Shown piece after piece: positions 1 through 8,209 of a DNA stretch of 29,553 bases. The first letter of the stretch is position 1. The number at the start of each line of letters is the position of its first letter. The notes beneath the pieces are model-generated. The model made no database searches, was not told where the DNA came from, and saw nothing but the letters and a program-made list of their open reading frames with translations. Source of the DNA: Methanobacteriaceae archaeon (GTDB taxonomy: Archaea > Methanobacteriota > Methanobacteria > Methanobacteriales > Methanobacteriaceae); the NCBI GenBank assembly GCA_003558085.1, contig PWMT01000010.1, forward strand, positions 1 to 29,553. Reading direction: 5' to 3'. The position numbers were made by a program, and so were the translations under genes.

Positions 1-195
1 TCTAAAACCAGAAAAAATAATCCTAAACCATCTAAAACCAGAAAAAATTCCATCAAATCTAATTTAGCTAAAAATTCTTCTAATAAAGAAAATAGTGAAG
101 TTAATTCTAAAGAAATGTTAAAAAATGATAAACTAAAACCAGAAAATAAAAATAAAGAGGGAAAAGAAAATCAAACCTCCCTGTTTCAGTTTTGA
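1..195 (+). CDS. rfcL: 3' end of replication factor C large subunit (partial, runs in from the left edge)
   Basis: Frame 1 is open from base 1 to TGA at 193-195: a K/N/S/E-rich low-complexity tail ending ...KEGKENQTSLFQF*. This is a C-terminal PCNA-interacting PIP box (QxxLxxF), typical of archaeal RFC-L. Not in the ORF track. Other PIP-box proteins cannot be excluded from the tail alone. Confidence 0.75.
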   Translation, partial: SKTRKNNPKPSKTRKNSIKSNLAKNSSNKENSEVNSKEMLKNDKLKPENKNKEGKENQTSLFQF

Positions 196-368
196 ATTTT
201 ATTTTCTTATGAGACCTATTCACCATTATCTAAGTTTATATTAGAATTATGGTAATTGATAATTAATTTCTAGAAATTTTAGGTCTTAGAAAAGAAAATA
301 AGATTATTTCATCGGTGATCTTTATTTAACCTTCTTTATTCTCCCAAAAAGGTTGTAGCAGTTATTTT

Positions 369-773
369 TTAGTTAATATTTTTTATCTGATCTTTTTTCC
401 GATAGGCCATTCCCTGAAAAATGGCAATCAAGTCCTGGTTAGAATCATAGATATCAATGGTATAGGTAGATAATTTGGGGTTTAGGGAGATTTCCTTAGC
501 CTCAGCAATTAGCATGCCGGTTTTAGCAGATTTCATAAATGAAATATTAGCATTTATAGCTACAGTAACATTTCCATAAGAATTTGCAGCTACCGCAAAA
601 GTATAATCAGCTAAAGTAAATAGAGCACCTCCATGAACTGATCCAATAGCATTTAAATGCTCTTCCTTTATTAACATACTAGTTTTTGCTCTTCCAGGTT
701 CAACTTCAAGTAACTCTATCCCCACATGTTGTGCAAATTTGTCCTTTTGGAAGAAATTTTTTATAAATTCCAT
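369..773 (-). CDS. PaaI-family hotdog-fold acyl-CoA thioesterase
   Basis: HLNAIGSVHGGALFTLAD motif. Start moved to the ATG at 773 (MEFIKNFF), giving 134 aa, the usual size for the family. Confidence 0.9.
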   Translation of the reverse strand: MEFIKNFFQKDKFAQHVGIELLEVEPGRAKTSMLIKEEHLNAIGSVHGGALFTLADYTFAVAANSYGNVTVAINANISFMKSAKTGMLIAEAKEISLNPKLSTYTIDIYDSNQDLIAIFQGMAYRKKDQIKNIN

Positions 774-1073
774 CTTAATCACTATATTAAAGTTTTGGGA
801 ACTCATAATAATTAAAATCTTCCTAATAACTTTCACCAATAATGTTTTAACTTTAAAGGTTCTGGATTGAGTTATAATAATTAGGCCCGTAAATATTTCC
901 TCAGAAAATACCAGGAAACTTAAATAAGTGCCTATTTTAAGTGAAAATTTATTTTATTTAATTAAACTTCATCTTTGAAATATTTTAAAAATAGTCTCCG
1001 GAGAGTGTTTCTCTTTGAGTTTACCATCTATCGTTTAAGAAGTTTATATACCTATCTTAAACCCAGAGTTGTG

Positions 1074-1760
1074 TTATTTAGATAAAAAACGGCTGGATTT
1101 TAAAATATTTTCCCTTACCTGGGGAATTATAGTTTCTAAAAACTGTAGAAATTCATGTACTAGTTTATCATCACCTTCTAAGTGGTGAGCTTTAGCATCA
1201 ACCTCTAACCAGCCATATATCCAGTTTAAGGGCACGTTGACCAGGGGGTAAATTAGTCTGATCTTTTCTATTTTATCTTGAGAACTTTGCATTTTGATTT
1301 TTTTCCCAGTAAAGATCTGGTTTAAAATGTTTTTTACTTCATGATCCAAAGTCAAAGGTAGGGCTATAACCTCAAAATCATGTGTTAAGGTTTTTCCTAT
1401 CTCTTCTAGCTCAAATTTTTTTTGAATTAATTGTATACCATATTTACGGGTGTAGGGTTCTAAAATTATTTCTAAAACTTTATCTTCCACCTTAGGGCCT
1501 GTTCTAATCAGCACTATCTCCCGGGGATTAAGTGAATCACCTATTATTTTGGAAGATCGAGTGCAGATTTTCTGAAAAATAGTGGATCTTACTATTTGCA
1601 GTTGAGGATATTTTTTGTGCACTAATTCTTCTCTTTTACGTGAAAACTTAGAGAAGCGGAGATTATTGATATATAGGTATGGAAGAACCACACTTACAAA
1701 ACGAGTATCCACTCCTATTCTTTTTAAAAATCGTAAAACATCTCTCTTTTCAGTTTTCAT
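1074..1760 (-). CDS. Conserved hypothetical protein; degenerate TtcA/TtuA(Ncs6)-like PP-loop fold
   Basis: 228-aa ORF. Segments ALPLTLDHEVKNILNQIFTG, LIYPLVNVP and FLETIIPQVRENILKS echo TtuA motifs (TGHNLDDEAQTILMN, IKPL..IP, LE...PG.K..IL.S). No SGGKDS loop or CxxC motifs. Confidence 0.6.
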   Translation of the reverse strand: MKTEKRDVLRFLKRIGVDTRFVSVVLPYLYINNLRFSKFSRKREELVHKKYPQLQIVRSTIFQKICTRSSKIIGDSLNPREIVLIRTGPKVEDKVLEIILEPYTRKYGIQLIQKKFELEEIGKTLTHDFEVIALPLTLDHEVKNILNQIFTGKKIKMQSSQDKIEKIRLIYPLVNVPLNWIYGWLEVDAKAHHLEGDDKLVHEFLQFLETIIPQVRENILKSSRFLSK

Positions 1761-1803
1761 GTTATCTTCAAATTTAAAAATTTATTTTATTTTTTCATTA
1801 ATT

Positions 1804-1897
1804 TTCTTGGTTATTTATAACTGTATTTATGCTTATTTGTTATTTAGAATGTTCTTGGTTATTTATAACTGTTTTTTTGCTTCTTAGTTATTTAGAA
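1804..1897. repeat. Imperfect direct repeat, 2 x 46 bp, 48-bp period
   Basis: 1804-1849 and 1852-1897 match at 42/46 positions. Each copy contains GTTATTTATAAC and GTTATTTAGAA. Confidence 0.8.
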
Positions 1898-2080
1898 CTT
1901 ATTTTTAGGTTTTATACAACTTCACTGAATAAACTATGTAATAATTATTCAATATTTAATTAGCTTTTTAGGGTCTAAACTATTAATGGTTAAGAAAAAA
2001 GGTTTATCTATTTAAAATTAAATATAAGTATAGTTTTAAAGTTAAAAAATATTTCAAATTAATTAATATGGGGGGATGGC

Positions 2081-3007
2081 ATGTTCAAGATTTTTAAGGG
2101 AAAAAAAGAAGAAAAAGAGGATATTTTAGAGTTAGTTTTGGATGAACCAGTAGATTGTATTGGTGACTATACCTACAATTTTTACTGGCAGCATCAAGGT
2201 GAAAAATTAGATCTAGATCAAAAAATACCTGGCAATGATTACAGTTTTAGAGAAGTGGTTGAACACTTAAAGAATAAGAATATTTTGAAAATTAGGGGTA
2301 ATGTGGGTCATCGTTTCTTGTCCAGCATGGGTGCCGATCTGAAATATTTTGGGGTGAGTGGAGAAAACGTGGAAGCAGGAACCGTATTGGTAGACGGTGA
2401 TGTGGATTCTCGTATGGGTATCAGCATGGTTAGCGGAACCATTTACATTAAAGGACAAATTAAAACTCCTATAGGTAATCTGGTTGAATTAAAATCTGAT
2501 AAAAAGGGTTATCGAAAATTTAAATCTATAACTGATATTATCACTCATGGTTTAAATGGAGAAAAGCTTATTGGTGCTTTATTATCTGGAAGCAGACTTA
2601 TCATTCAGGATGGAATGGTCAGGGATACTGTAGGTGCTAGACTCTCTATAGCAGCGGAGATAATAGTTGAGGGAGAGGTGGATTTATCCACAGGTATATT
2701 AATGCGGCAGGGATTAGTGAAAGTTAATGGAAATGCAGGTAAGAATACTGCTGCTCTTTTAAATGGTGGTACAGTAGTTATAAATGGTAATTGTGAAGAT
2801 TTTGCTGCTATTGAAATGATTAAAGGTACTTTAATAGTCAATGGTGATGCTGGGAAATTTTTAGGTGCTCAAAAGAAAAATGGTAAAATTTTAGCCCATA
2901 AAGGAAGACCTATTCCCCCCACCAGTAAAAGAAAGTTAACTGTAGATGAAAAAAATCTTATATTAAATCTGGGTTTCAATCCCACACAGTTTAGTGCTTT
3001 CCAGTGA
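2081..3007 (+). CDS. FwdC/FmdC / glutamate synthase C-terminal-like (GXGXG beta-helix) protein
   Basis: Repeated G-x-G...M-x-x-G-x-I-x-V-x-G units (MGISMVSGTIYIKG, TGILMRQGLVKVNGNAG, AAIEMIKGTLIVNGDAG). SD GGGGGA upstream. Confidence 0.8.
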   Translation: MFKIFKGKKEEKEDILELVLDEPVDCIGDYTYNFYWQHQGEKLDLDQKIPGNDYSFREVVEHLKNKNILKIRGNVGHRFLSSMGADLKYFGVSGENVEAGTVLVDGDVDSRMGISMVSGTIYIKGQIKTPIGNLVELKSDKKGYRKFKSITDIITHGLNGEKLIGALLSGSRLIIQDGMVRDTVGARLSIAAEIIVEGEVDLSTGILMRQGLVKVNGNAGKNTAALLNGGTVVINGNCEDFAAIEMIKGTLIVNGDAGKFLGAQKKNGKILAHKGRPIPPTSKRKLTVDEKNLILNLGFNPTQFSAFQ

Positions 3008-3238
3008 ATAATATATGACTCCTGATTTTTCTAACAAAATGTAACTTAATCTTTTTTTTACCCTCTAAAAACATGTTTATCTGCCCAAAATTAAATTTTA
3101 AAACTTATTTATAATAATTATCTTTTTAAATCATCATCTTAAATAGCATATTTTTTAAATATATATTACTTAAATTATTTAAATATAAAAACACAGATTT
3201 ATAGAACTTTTTTTATCAATAATTATCCTCTCTAAAAC

Positions 3239-3252
3239 AAAAGATTTATAAG
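3239..3252 (+). promoter_or_regulatory. Putative archaeal BRE/TATA promoter of htpX
   Basis: AAAAGA followed by TTTATAAG (3245-3252), about 65 nt upstream of the SD-supported ATG at 3317. Confidence 0.5.
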
Positions 3253-3316
3253 ATGAGCACTAAATATGGATCTGATTATTATAACTATTCAATTCTTATT
3301 GGAGGAAATAACCAAA

Positions 3317-4276
3317 ATGAATAAATTTAGTACATGGAAACTTAGGTTAAGATTATTATTTGCTAGTGTTATCCTATTTATTCTGGTATATGCCTTGGTA
3401 GTGGTAGTGGGTATGTTCATGGGCATAACTGGACCATTGTTTTACGCTTTATTTGGTCTAACTATCATCCTAGTACAGTACCTGCTCAGCCCTAAGATGG
3501 TGGAGATCACCATGCAAGTGCGCTATGTCTCCCCAGAAGAGGCACCGGAATTACACCAAATGGTGGAAGATCTAGCATTAAAAGCTGACATCCCCAAACC
3601 TAAAGTAGGAGTAACTGAACTCGCTGTCCCCAATGCTTTTGCCTTTGGTAGAACTAAAGGAGATGGAAGAGTTTGTGTCACTCGAGGTCTTTTAAATCTT
3701 TTAAATAAAGATGAATTGTATGCGGTATTAGGACATGAAATATCCCATATAAGACATTCTGATATGGCAGTAATGACCTTTATCAGTGCGGTTCCATTAA
3801 TCGCTTATTATATATTCTGGAGCACATTATTCAGTAGAGGAGGTAACAATGGCCGTGGCTTAGTGGGTATAGTAGCCCTGGGAGCTTATATAATCGGACA
3901 ATTAGTGGTATTATTCATTTCCCGAGTTAGAGAATACTATGCTGATCAGGGAAGTGTGGCCATAGGAGCCCAACCACATAACATGGCTAGTGCACTATAC
4001 AAGCTCGCTTATGGTTCCGCCAATCTCAACAAAGAACAGTTAAAACAAGTTCAAGGTATAAAAGCCTTCTTTGTTAACGATGTTTCTGATGCTAGTCAAG
4101 AAGTAAATGATTTAAGACAAGTTGATTTTAATGGGGATGGAACTATCAGCCAAGCTGAATTAAATCAGTTAAAATATTCTGATGTGAATATAAAAACATC
4201 TAGTAAAATCTTTGAGCTATTATCCACCCACCCCAACATGATGAAAAGGGTTAAAAGATTATCAGAGATGACCTAA
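3317..4276 (+). CDS. htpX: HtpX membrane zinc metalloprotease (peptidase M48)
   Basis: PNAFA, HEISH zinc motif, SRVREYYAD and STHP; N-terminal TM helices. Start set at ATG 3317 behind GGAGG (3301-3305), not 3266. Confidence 0.95.
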   Translation: MNKFSTWKLRLRLLFASVILFILVYALVVVVGMFMGITGPLFYALFGLTIILVQYLLSPKMVEITMQVRYVSPEEAPELHQMVEDLALKADIPKPKVGVTELAVPNAFAFGRTKGDGRVCVTRGLLNLLNKDELYAVLGHEISHIRHSDMAVMTFISAVPLIAYYIFWSTLFSRGGNNGRGLVGIVALGAYIIGQLVVLFISRVREYYADQGSVAIGAQPHNMASALYKLAYGSANLNKEQLKQVQGIKAFFVNDVSDASQEVNDLRQVDFNGDGTISQAELNQLKYSDVNIKTSSKIFELLSTHPNMMKRVKRLSEMT

Positions 4277-4320
4277 TCTTTTCCTTAATTTTTTTTTTAA
4301 ACAATTCTTATTTTTTTTAT
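4277..4320 (+). terminator. Oligo-T archaeal terminator region after htpX
   Basis: Long T runs immediately after the stop codon, facing a convergent gene. Confidence 0.45.
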
Positions 4321-4518
4321 ACTTATAAGTTCATCTTATTAACTTAAATCTAAAGAGGCTATTTTTTAGAATTTAATTATCAAAGAATTAATTAGCTTTT
4401 TTTTTAAAAGGAATAATGATTGAACTGAACTAATAAAAAAAAAATTTAGAAAGGTAGAAACCTTTCTTGATTATGTTAATTAGTTTATTCATTAAGTAAA
4501 TTTAGTTGCTTATGATGA

Positions 4519-4971
4519 TCAACGTTGCTTTTCATTAAGCAAATCTTTCAATTCATCTAAATTAATAGTGAAAGATTCTAAACTCTCAATTGAAGTTTCT
4601 AAACCAGAACCGGTTTCTAAATACTGTATGTAGGTGGTTAAAAAATTATCATAATCTTTAAATGCTGCAATGGCAGTAGAATGTATCTCATCATAACCGG
4701 CAGGTGGTGTAGTATCTTCTAATTCACTAATGATAAGTTGAACATCTTTTTGAATTTCCCTAAACCTTGTTATCAATTCTTCATCTGTTATGGATCCATC
4801 TATTTCTGCTTGTAAATTAAGGTTAACTTCATTACCAATATCGATAAAATCAGAAAGATAGCCATTTATTAGATTTAGATATTCCTCTTCATTTGGACTG
4901 CTATCAATACAACCAGAAGCACAAACTACGCCTGAGATTAACAATATTATTAGAATATAAGACTTTTTCAA
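4519..4971 (-). CDS. Predicted lipoprotein / secreted acidic helical protein of unknown function
   Basis: TTG start with SD GAGGGGGAGG. Signal peptide MKKSYILIILLISGVVCASGC ends in an archaeal lipobox-like (A)SGC. Confidence 0.75.
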   Translation of the reverse strand: MKKSYILIILLISGVVCASGCIDSSPNEEEYLNLINGYLSDFIDIGNEVNLNLQAEIDGSITDEELITRFREIQKDVQLIISELEDTTPPAGYDEIHSTAIAAFKDYDNFLTTYIQYLETGSGLETSIESLESFTINLDELKDLLNEKQR

Positions 4972-5024
4972 CCTAATAACCTCCCCCTCATTTAAATTTA
5001 GCTTATAATAATTAGGCTTATTTA

Positions 5025-5040
5025 GATATAAAGTTTACCT
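5025..5040 (-). promoter_or_regulatory. Putative BRE/TATA promoter of the lipoprotein gene
   Basis: Minus strand reads AGGTAAAC-TTTATATC, about 55 nt upstream of the start codon. Confidence 0.5.
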
Positions 5041-5268
5041 AATATTTAAAAAAAAAATCTAAAATATTAGAAATAATATTTATTCGAATAATCCTTAGAG
5101 TTATTATTAATAGACTCGAAATAACAGCTAATAAAGTACTTTCTAATTTCCTTAAAATTTCAATCAATAATTTTTTTAAAACTTTTTTTAGTTACTTAGC
5201 ATCATATAGAATAAGTCACCATTATTATAATAAATCTAATAGAATTAAGTCACTATTTAATTATAGTA

Positions 5269-5361
5269 GAGAGTAATATGCAAGTTTTATTCAGATTTTT
5301 TATTATATCCGTAAGTTATTGGGGGAGAGTAATATGCAAGTTTTATCCAGATTTTCTATTA
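5269..5361 (+). repeat. 37-bp direct duplication spanning the rnc start codon
   Basis: GAGAGTAATATGCAAGTTTTATTCAGATTTTTTATTA (5269-5305) vs GAGAGTAATATGCAAGTTTTATCCAGATTTTCTATTA (5325-5361): 35/37 identical. Confidence 0.9.
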
Positions 5362-5987
5362 AACCCTTAAATAAACAGCTTTATGATATGGCTTTCATTC
5401 ATGAGTCCTATGCTAATGAAAATGGTTTAAAAGAATGTTATGAAAGATTAGAATTCATAGGTGATGCTGTACTGGACCTGGTAATATCTGAATATTTATA
5501 TAATCAAGATAAAACCTTAAGTGAAGGAGAGCTTACCCGACTACGTTCCAATTATGTATGTAAAAAAGCCCTCTTTACTTACTCCCAAGAATTAGGTTTA
5601 GTGGAATATATAAAATTAGGAGCTGGAGCAGAGCTCAGTAGAAGGGAGATGGATTCAGTAATAGCTGATGTATTCGAATCATTGTTAGGCGCATTATATT
5701 TAGATCAAGGCTTAGAAATGGTTAAAGAATTTTTAAAGGTAACGATTATACCCCATATTAAAAATGATGAAATCTTCTTTTATGATTATAAATCCCAGCT
5801 AAAACAATTATGTGATCAACTGGGATGGAATATTACTTATAAATTACATAATGAAGAAGGAAAATCCCATAATAAAACTTTCACTATGCTAGGTTTGATT
5901 AATGGTGAAGAATATGGAAGGGGTCAGGGCGGCAGTAAAAAAGAAGCAGAGCAAAATGCAGCAAGAATGGTGCTACAAAAAATTTAA
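5334..5987 (+). CDS. rnc: Ribonuclease III (catalytic domain + dsRBD)
   Basis: Signature [25 protein letters not shown], and a C-terminal dsRBD (DYKSQL...[13 protein letters not shown]). Start at ATG 5334 behind GGGGGAG. Confidence 0.95.
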   Translation: MQVLSRFSIKPLNKQLYDMAFIHESYANENGLKECYERLEFIGDAVLDLVISEYLYNQDKTLSEGELTRLRSNYVCKKALFTYSQELGLVEYIKLGAGAELSRREMDSVIADVFESLLGALYLDQGLEMVKEFLKVTIIPHIKNDEIFFYDYKSQLKQLCDQLGWNITYKLHNEEGKSHNKTFTMLGLINGEEYGRGQGGSKKEAEQNAARMVLQKI

Positions 5988-6132
5988 AATAATTTTAACT
6001 CCCCCCGTAATAGAGCCATCATACAATACCTAAACTATACCCTGATTTTTTTACATATTTTAGTTTTAGATGAAATATTAGCTATGATTTGGGATATAAA
6101 ACAGTTTACTATAAAATAATGGGTTTTTTTAT

Positions 6133-6937
6133 TTAAGTTAATTTTTCTATATAAATTATTTTCTCTAAAAAATTAGTAATATCTCCACTAATTTCTTCTG
6201 CTAATGAGGGAATAAGTAAATTATGTCCCACATCATCTTTAATAAACCATTGGCTATTATTAATTGAAACATAAAGTTTTTCTCCCAAGTGTAGATCAAA
6301 AAGCATATCTTCCCGGATAGAAATGATTAAAACTGGTCATTTCAGATAAGCTAGTTTTGAGCTTACATCAAAATTTAAAAGATTTTCTATAATATGTATG
6401 AGTGATTCTGGAGAAGCTGTTTTAGCTTTCTCTGCTTTTAATTTATTTAAAATTTCTTTATTTTCCAATACGAAATCAGGAGTGTTAACCAATTGTACTC
6501 CTTCATCAAAAAAAGATTCATAATTCTCCTCTAATTTTTGCTTAAATTTAATTAATTTACTCTCCATTTTTTGTTCCACCTGACTGAATCCGGAAATCAA
6601 AACCAGTGATTTTATATGTAATTTATTATTCCGGGCCAATTTCAATGCTAGTGCTGCTCCCAATGAAAATCCAATCACATGTATATTTTCCAAATTTAAT
6701 TCCTCTAGAAAGATAGTTAAATCTAATATCAAACTATCCAAACTATAATCTGCGGAAATAGTACTCGATAAACCGTGTCCAGGCAAGTCTAGAGCCACAG
6801 TTCTAAATTTATCTTCAATGTTTCAATAAGAGGAAGCCATTGGTTAAATCATCAGATAATCCATGTAAAAAGAGAATGGGATCCCCAGATCCCTGATCTG
6901 TATAATGCCATTGATTTCCATTAATTATTAAATACAT
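6133..6937 (-). pseudogene. Alpha/beta-hydrolase pseudogene (two 1-bp deletions and one in-frame TGA)
   Basis: ATG 6937 with SD GTGAGGT gives MYLIINGNQWHYTDQGSGDPILFLHGLSDDLT. A shift at ~6840 gives WLPLIETL; a shift at ~6814 gives DKFRTVALDLPGHG...GFSLG...LAYLK. After TGA at 6337-6339 the frame continues PVLIISIREDML...DVGHNLL...EKLT* to 6133. Confidence 0.9.
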
Positions 6938-7060
6938 AACAACCTCACTTTTAAGTTATAGAGGTAATAATTTCTCAGTTATTTTATAAAATTTTATATT
7001 TGATAGGAGTTTATACATAATAATATAGTATTGAGGATAAAAATCTGGAGAAAATATAAA

Positions 7061-7246
7061 ATGGTGCGTTACCAATTAGATGATATTCCCAGTACAATAC
7101 ATTGTTCCCAGTGTGGTAAACTCTCCCCAGAAGTAGATGGAAGTTTTCAACAGACCAGTAAATTTATCATTGTTTATTATAAATGTCCCCACTGCGGCCA
7201 TGTTGATAAATTACAATGTGGAAAGCCAGTAGAGATTATTGATTAA
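7061..7246 (+). CDS. Small zinc-ribbon protein (61 aa)
   Basis: CSQC...CPHC pairs. ATG 7061 follows GGAG; TATA-like TTTATACA at 7010-7017. Confidence 0.75.
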   Translation: MVRYQLDDIPSTIHCSQCGKLSPEVDGSFQQTSKFIIVYYKCPHCGHVDKLQCGKPVEIID

Positions 7247-7471
7247 TAAATTCAGATAAACTATAGTCTAATACTAGCAGTCATTTTCTTACCTAAGGAT
7301 TTTATTATCCACACTCCCACCTAATTGCTATAAATTTTTTTAACTCAAAATTCTTTAGATGATCCTTTAAAATCAATTAGCCTTTCATCAATCAGTTTGA
7401 ATTAATATAGGGGAATTGAAAACTAATCTAATAATATTTTAGCGATAATTTAGATAAGAAGGGAAGATAAA

Positions 7472-8158
7472 ATGATGGAAAATTACTCAGTGGATGGATA
7501 CGATACCGTGGCAAGATGTTTGAAAGAAAAGTTGGATTTAACTAGATCCCCCGTGGCAATTAAATTTGTTTTGCAGGAAAAAGATTTACCAGATAATATT
7601 AAAGAAATAGAACTTCCCATAAGGCACTGTGAAATGGTTACCAGGGCCAGTGATGGTGAAACTTTTTATGCAATAGCCACCGATCAAGCATGTAAGGGAG
7701 GAGCAGCTGCGATTGGGGCTGATAAGACTCCTGAAAACTTAAAAACAGGTGAATTTTATTATGACTTAGGACGTTTTTCTAGTATAGGGGCAGCTAAAAG
7801 AACCATTAATGCTATACCCAAAATCAACATGGATATTCATGCCACTATTTATGCCCCTTTAGAAAAGGCCAGATTTCATCCTGATGTGATCATAGTCATA
7901 GCTAATCCAGTGCAGGCTATGAAATTATCCCAGGCCCTAATATATACTTTAGGGGGTCGTTTAGAAGCTGATTTTTCAGGAATACAGTCTTTATGTGCTG
8001 ATGCCGTGGCAGGGCCTTTTATGAGAAAAGTTCCTAATATCACACTAGGCTGCAGTGGATCCCGTAAATTTGCAGGTATTGAGGATCAAGAATTAATTGT
8101 AGGACTTAATGGAGAAAATATTGGTTGCGTGATCAATGCTTTAGATGAGATGAGCTAA
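7472..8158 (+). CDS. DUF169 family protein
   Basis: L.RSPVAIKF, RHCEMV, ACKGGA, Y.PLE...F.PDV, QSLCADA and LGC.GSRKF are characteristic of DUF169. Confidence 0.85.
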   Translation: MMENYSVDGYDTVARCLKEKLDLTRSPVAIKFVLQEKDLPDNIKEIELPIRHCEMVTRASDGETFYAIATDQACKGGAAAIGADKTPENLKTGEFYYDLGRFSSIGAAKRTINAIPKINMDIHATIYAPLEKARFHPDVIIVIANPVQAMKLSQALIYTLGGRLEADFSGIQSLCADAVAGPFMRKVPNITLGCSGSRKFAGIEDQELIVGLNGENIGCVINALDEMS

Positions 8159-8209
8159 TAAAAAATGTATAAGATTTTTTTTAGGAACAATATTAAAAAT
8201 TAATTTTTT

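Noticed and set aside
880-1015. Short dyads upstream of the thioesterase (TTCCT..AGGAA, TCTCCGGAGA at 995-1004) as a riboswitch
   Set aside because: The stems are short and match no RNA family I recognise.
1615-1887. 90-aa plus-strand ORF
   Set aside because: It is antisense to a real gene and runs into the AT-rich repeat; no recognisable motifs.
6337-6339. In-frame TGA at a likely Cys position read as selenocysteine
   Set aside because: The position is non-catalytic, the same gene has two frameshifts, and Methanobacteriales are not known to use Sec. TGA is an ordinary stop in many genes here.
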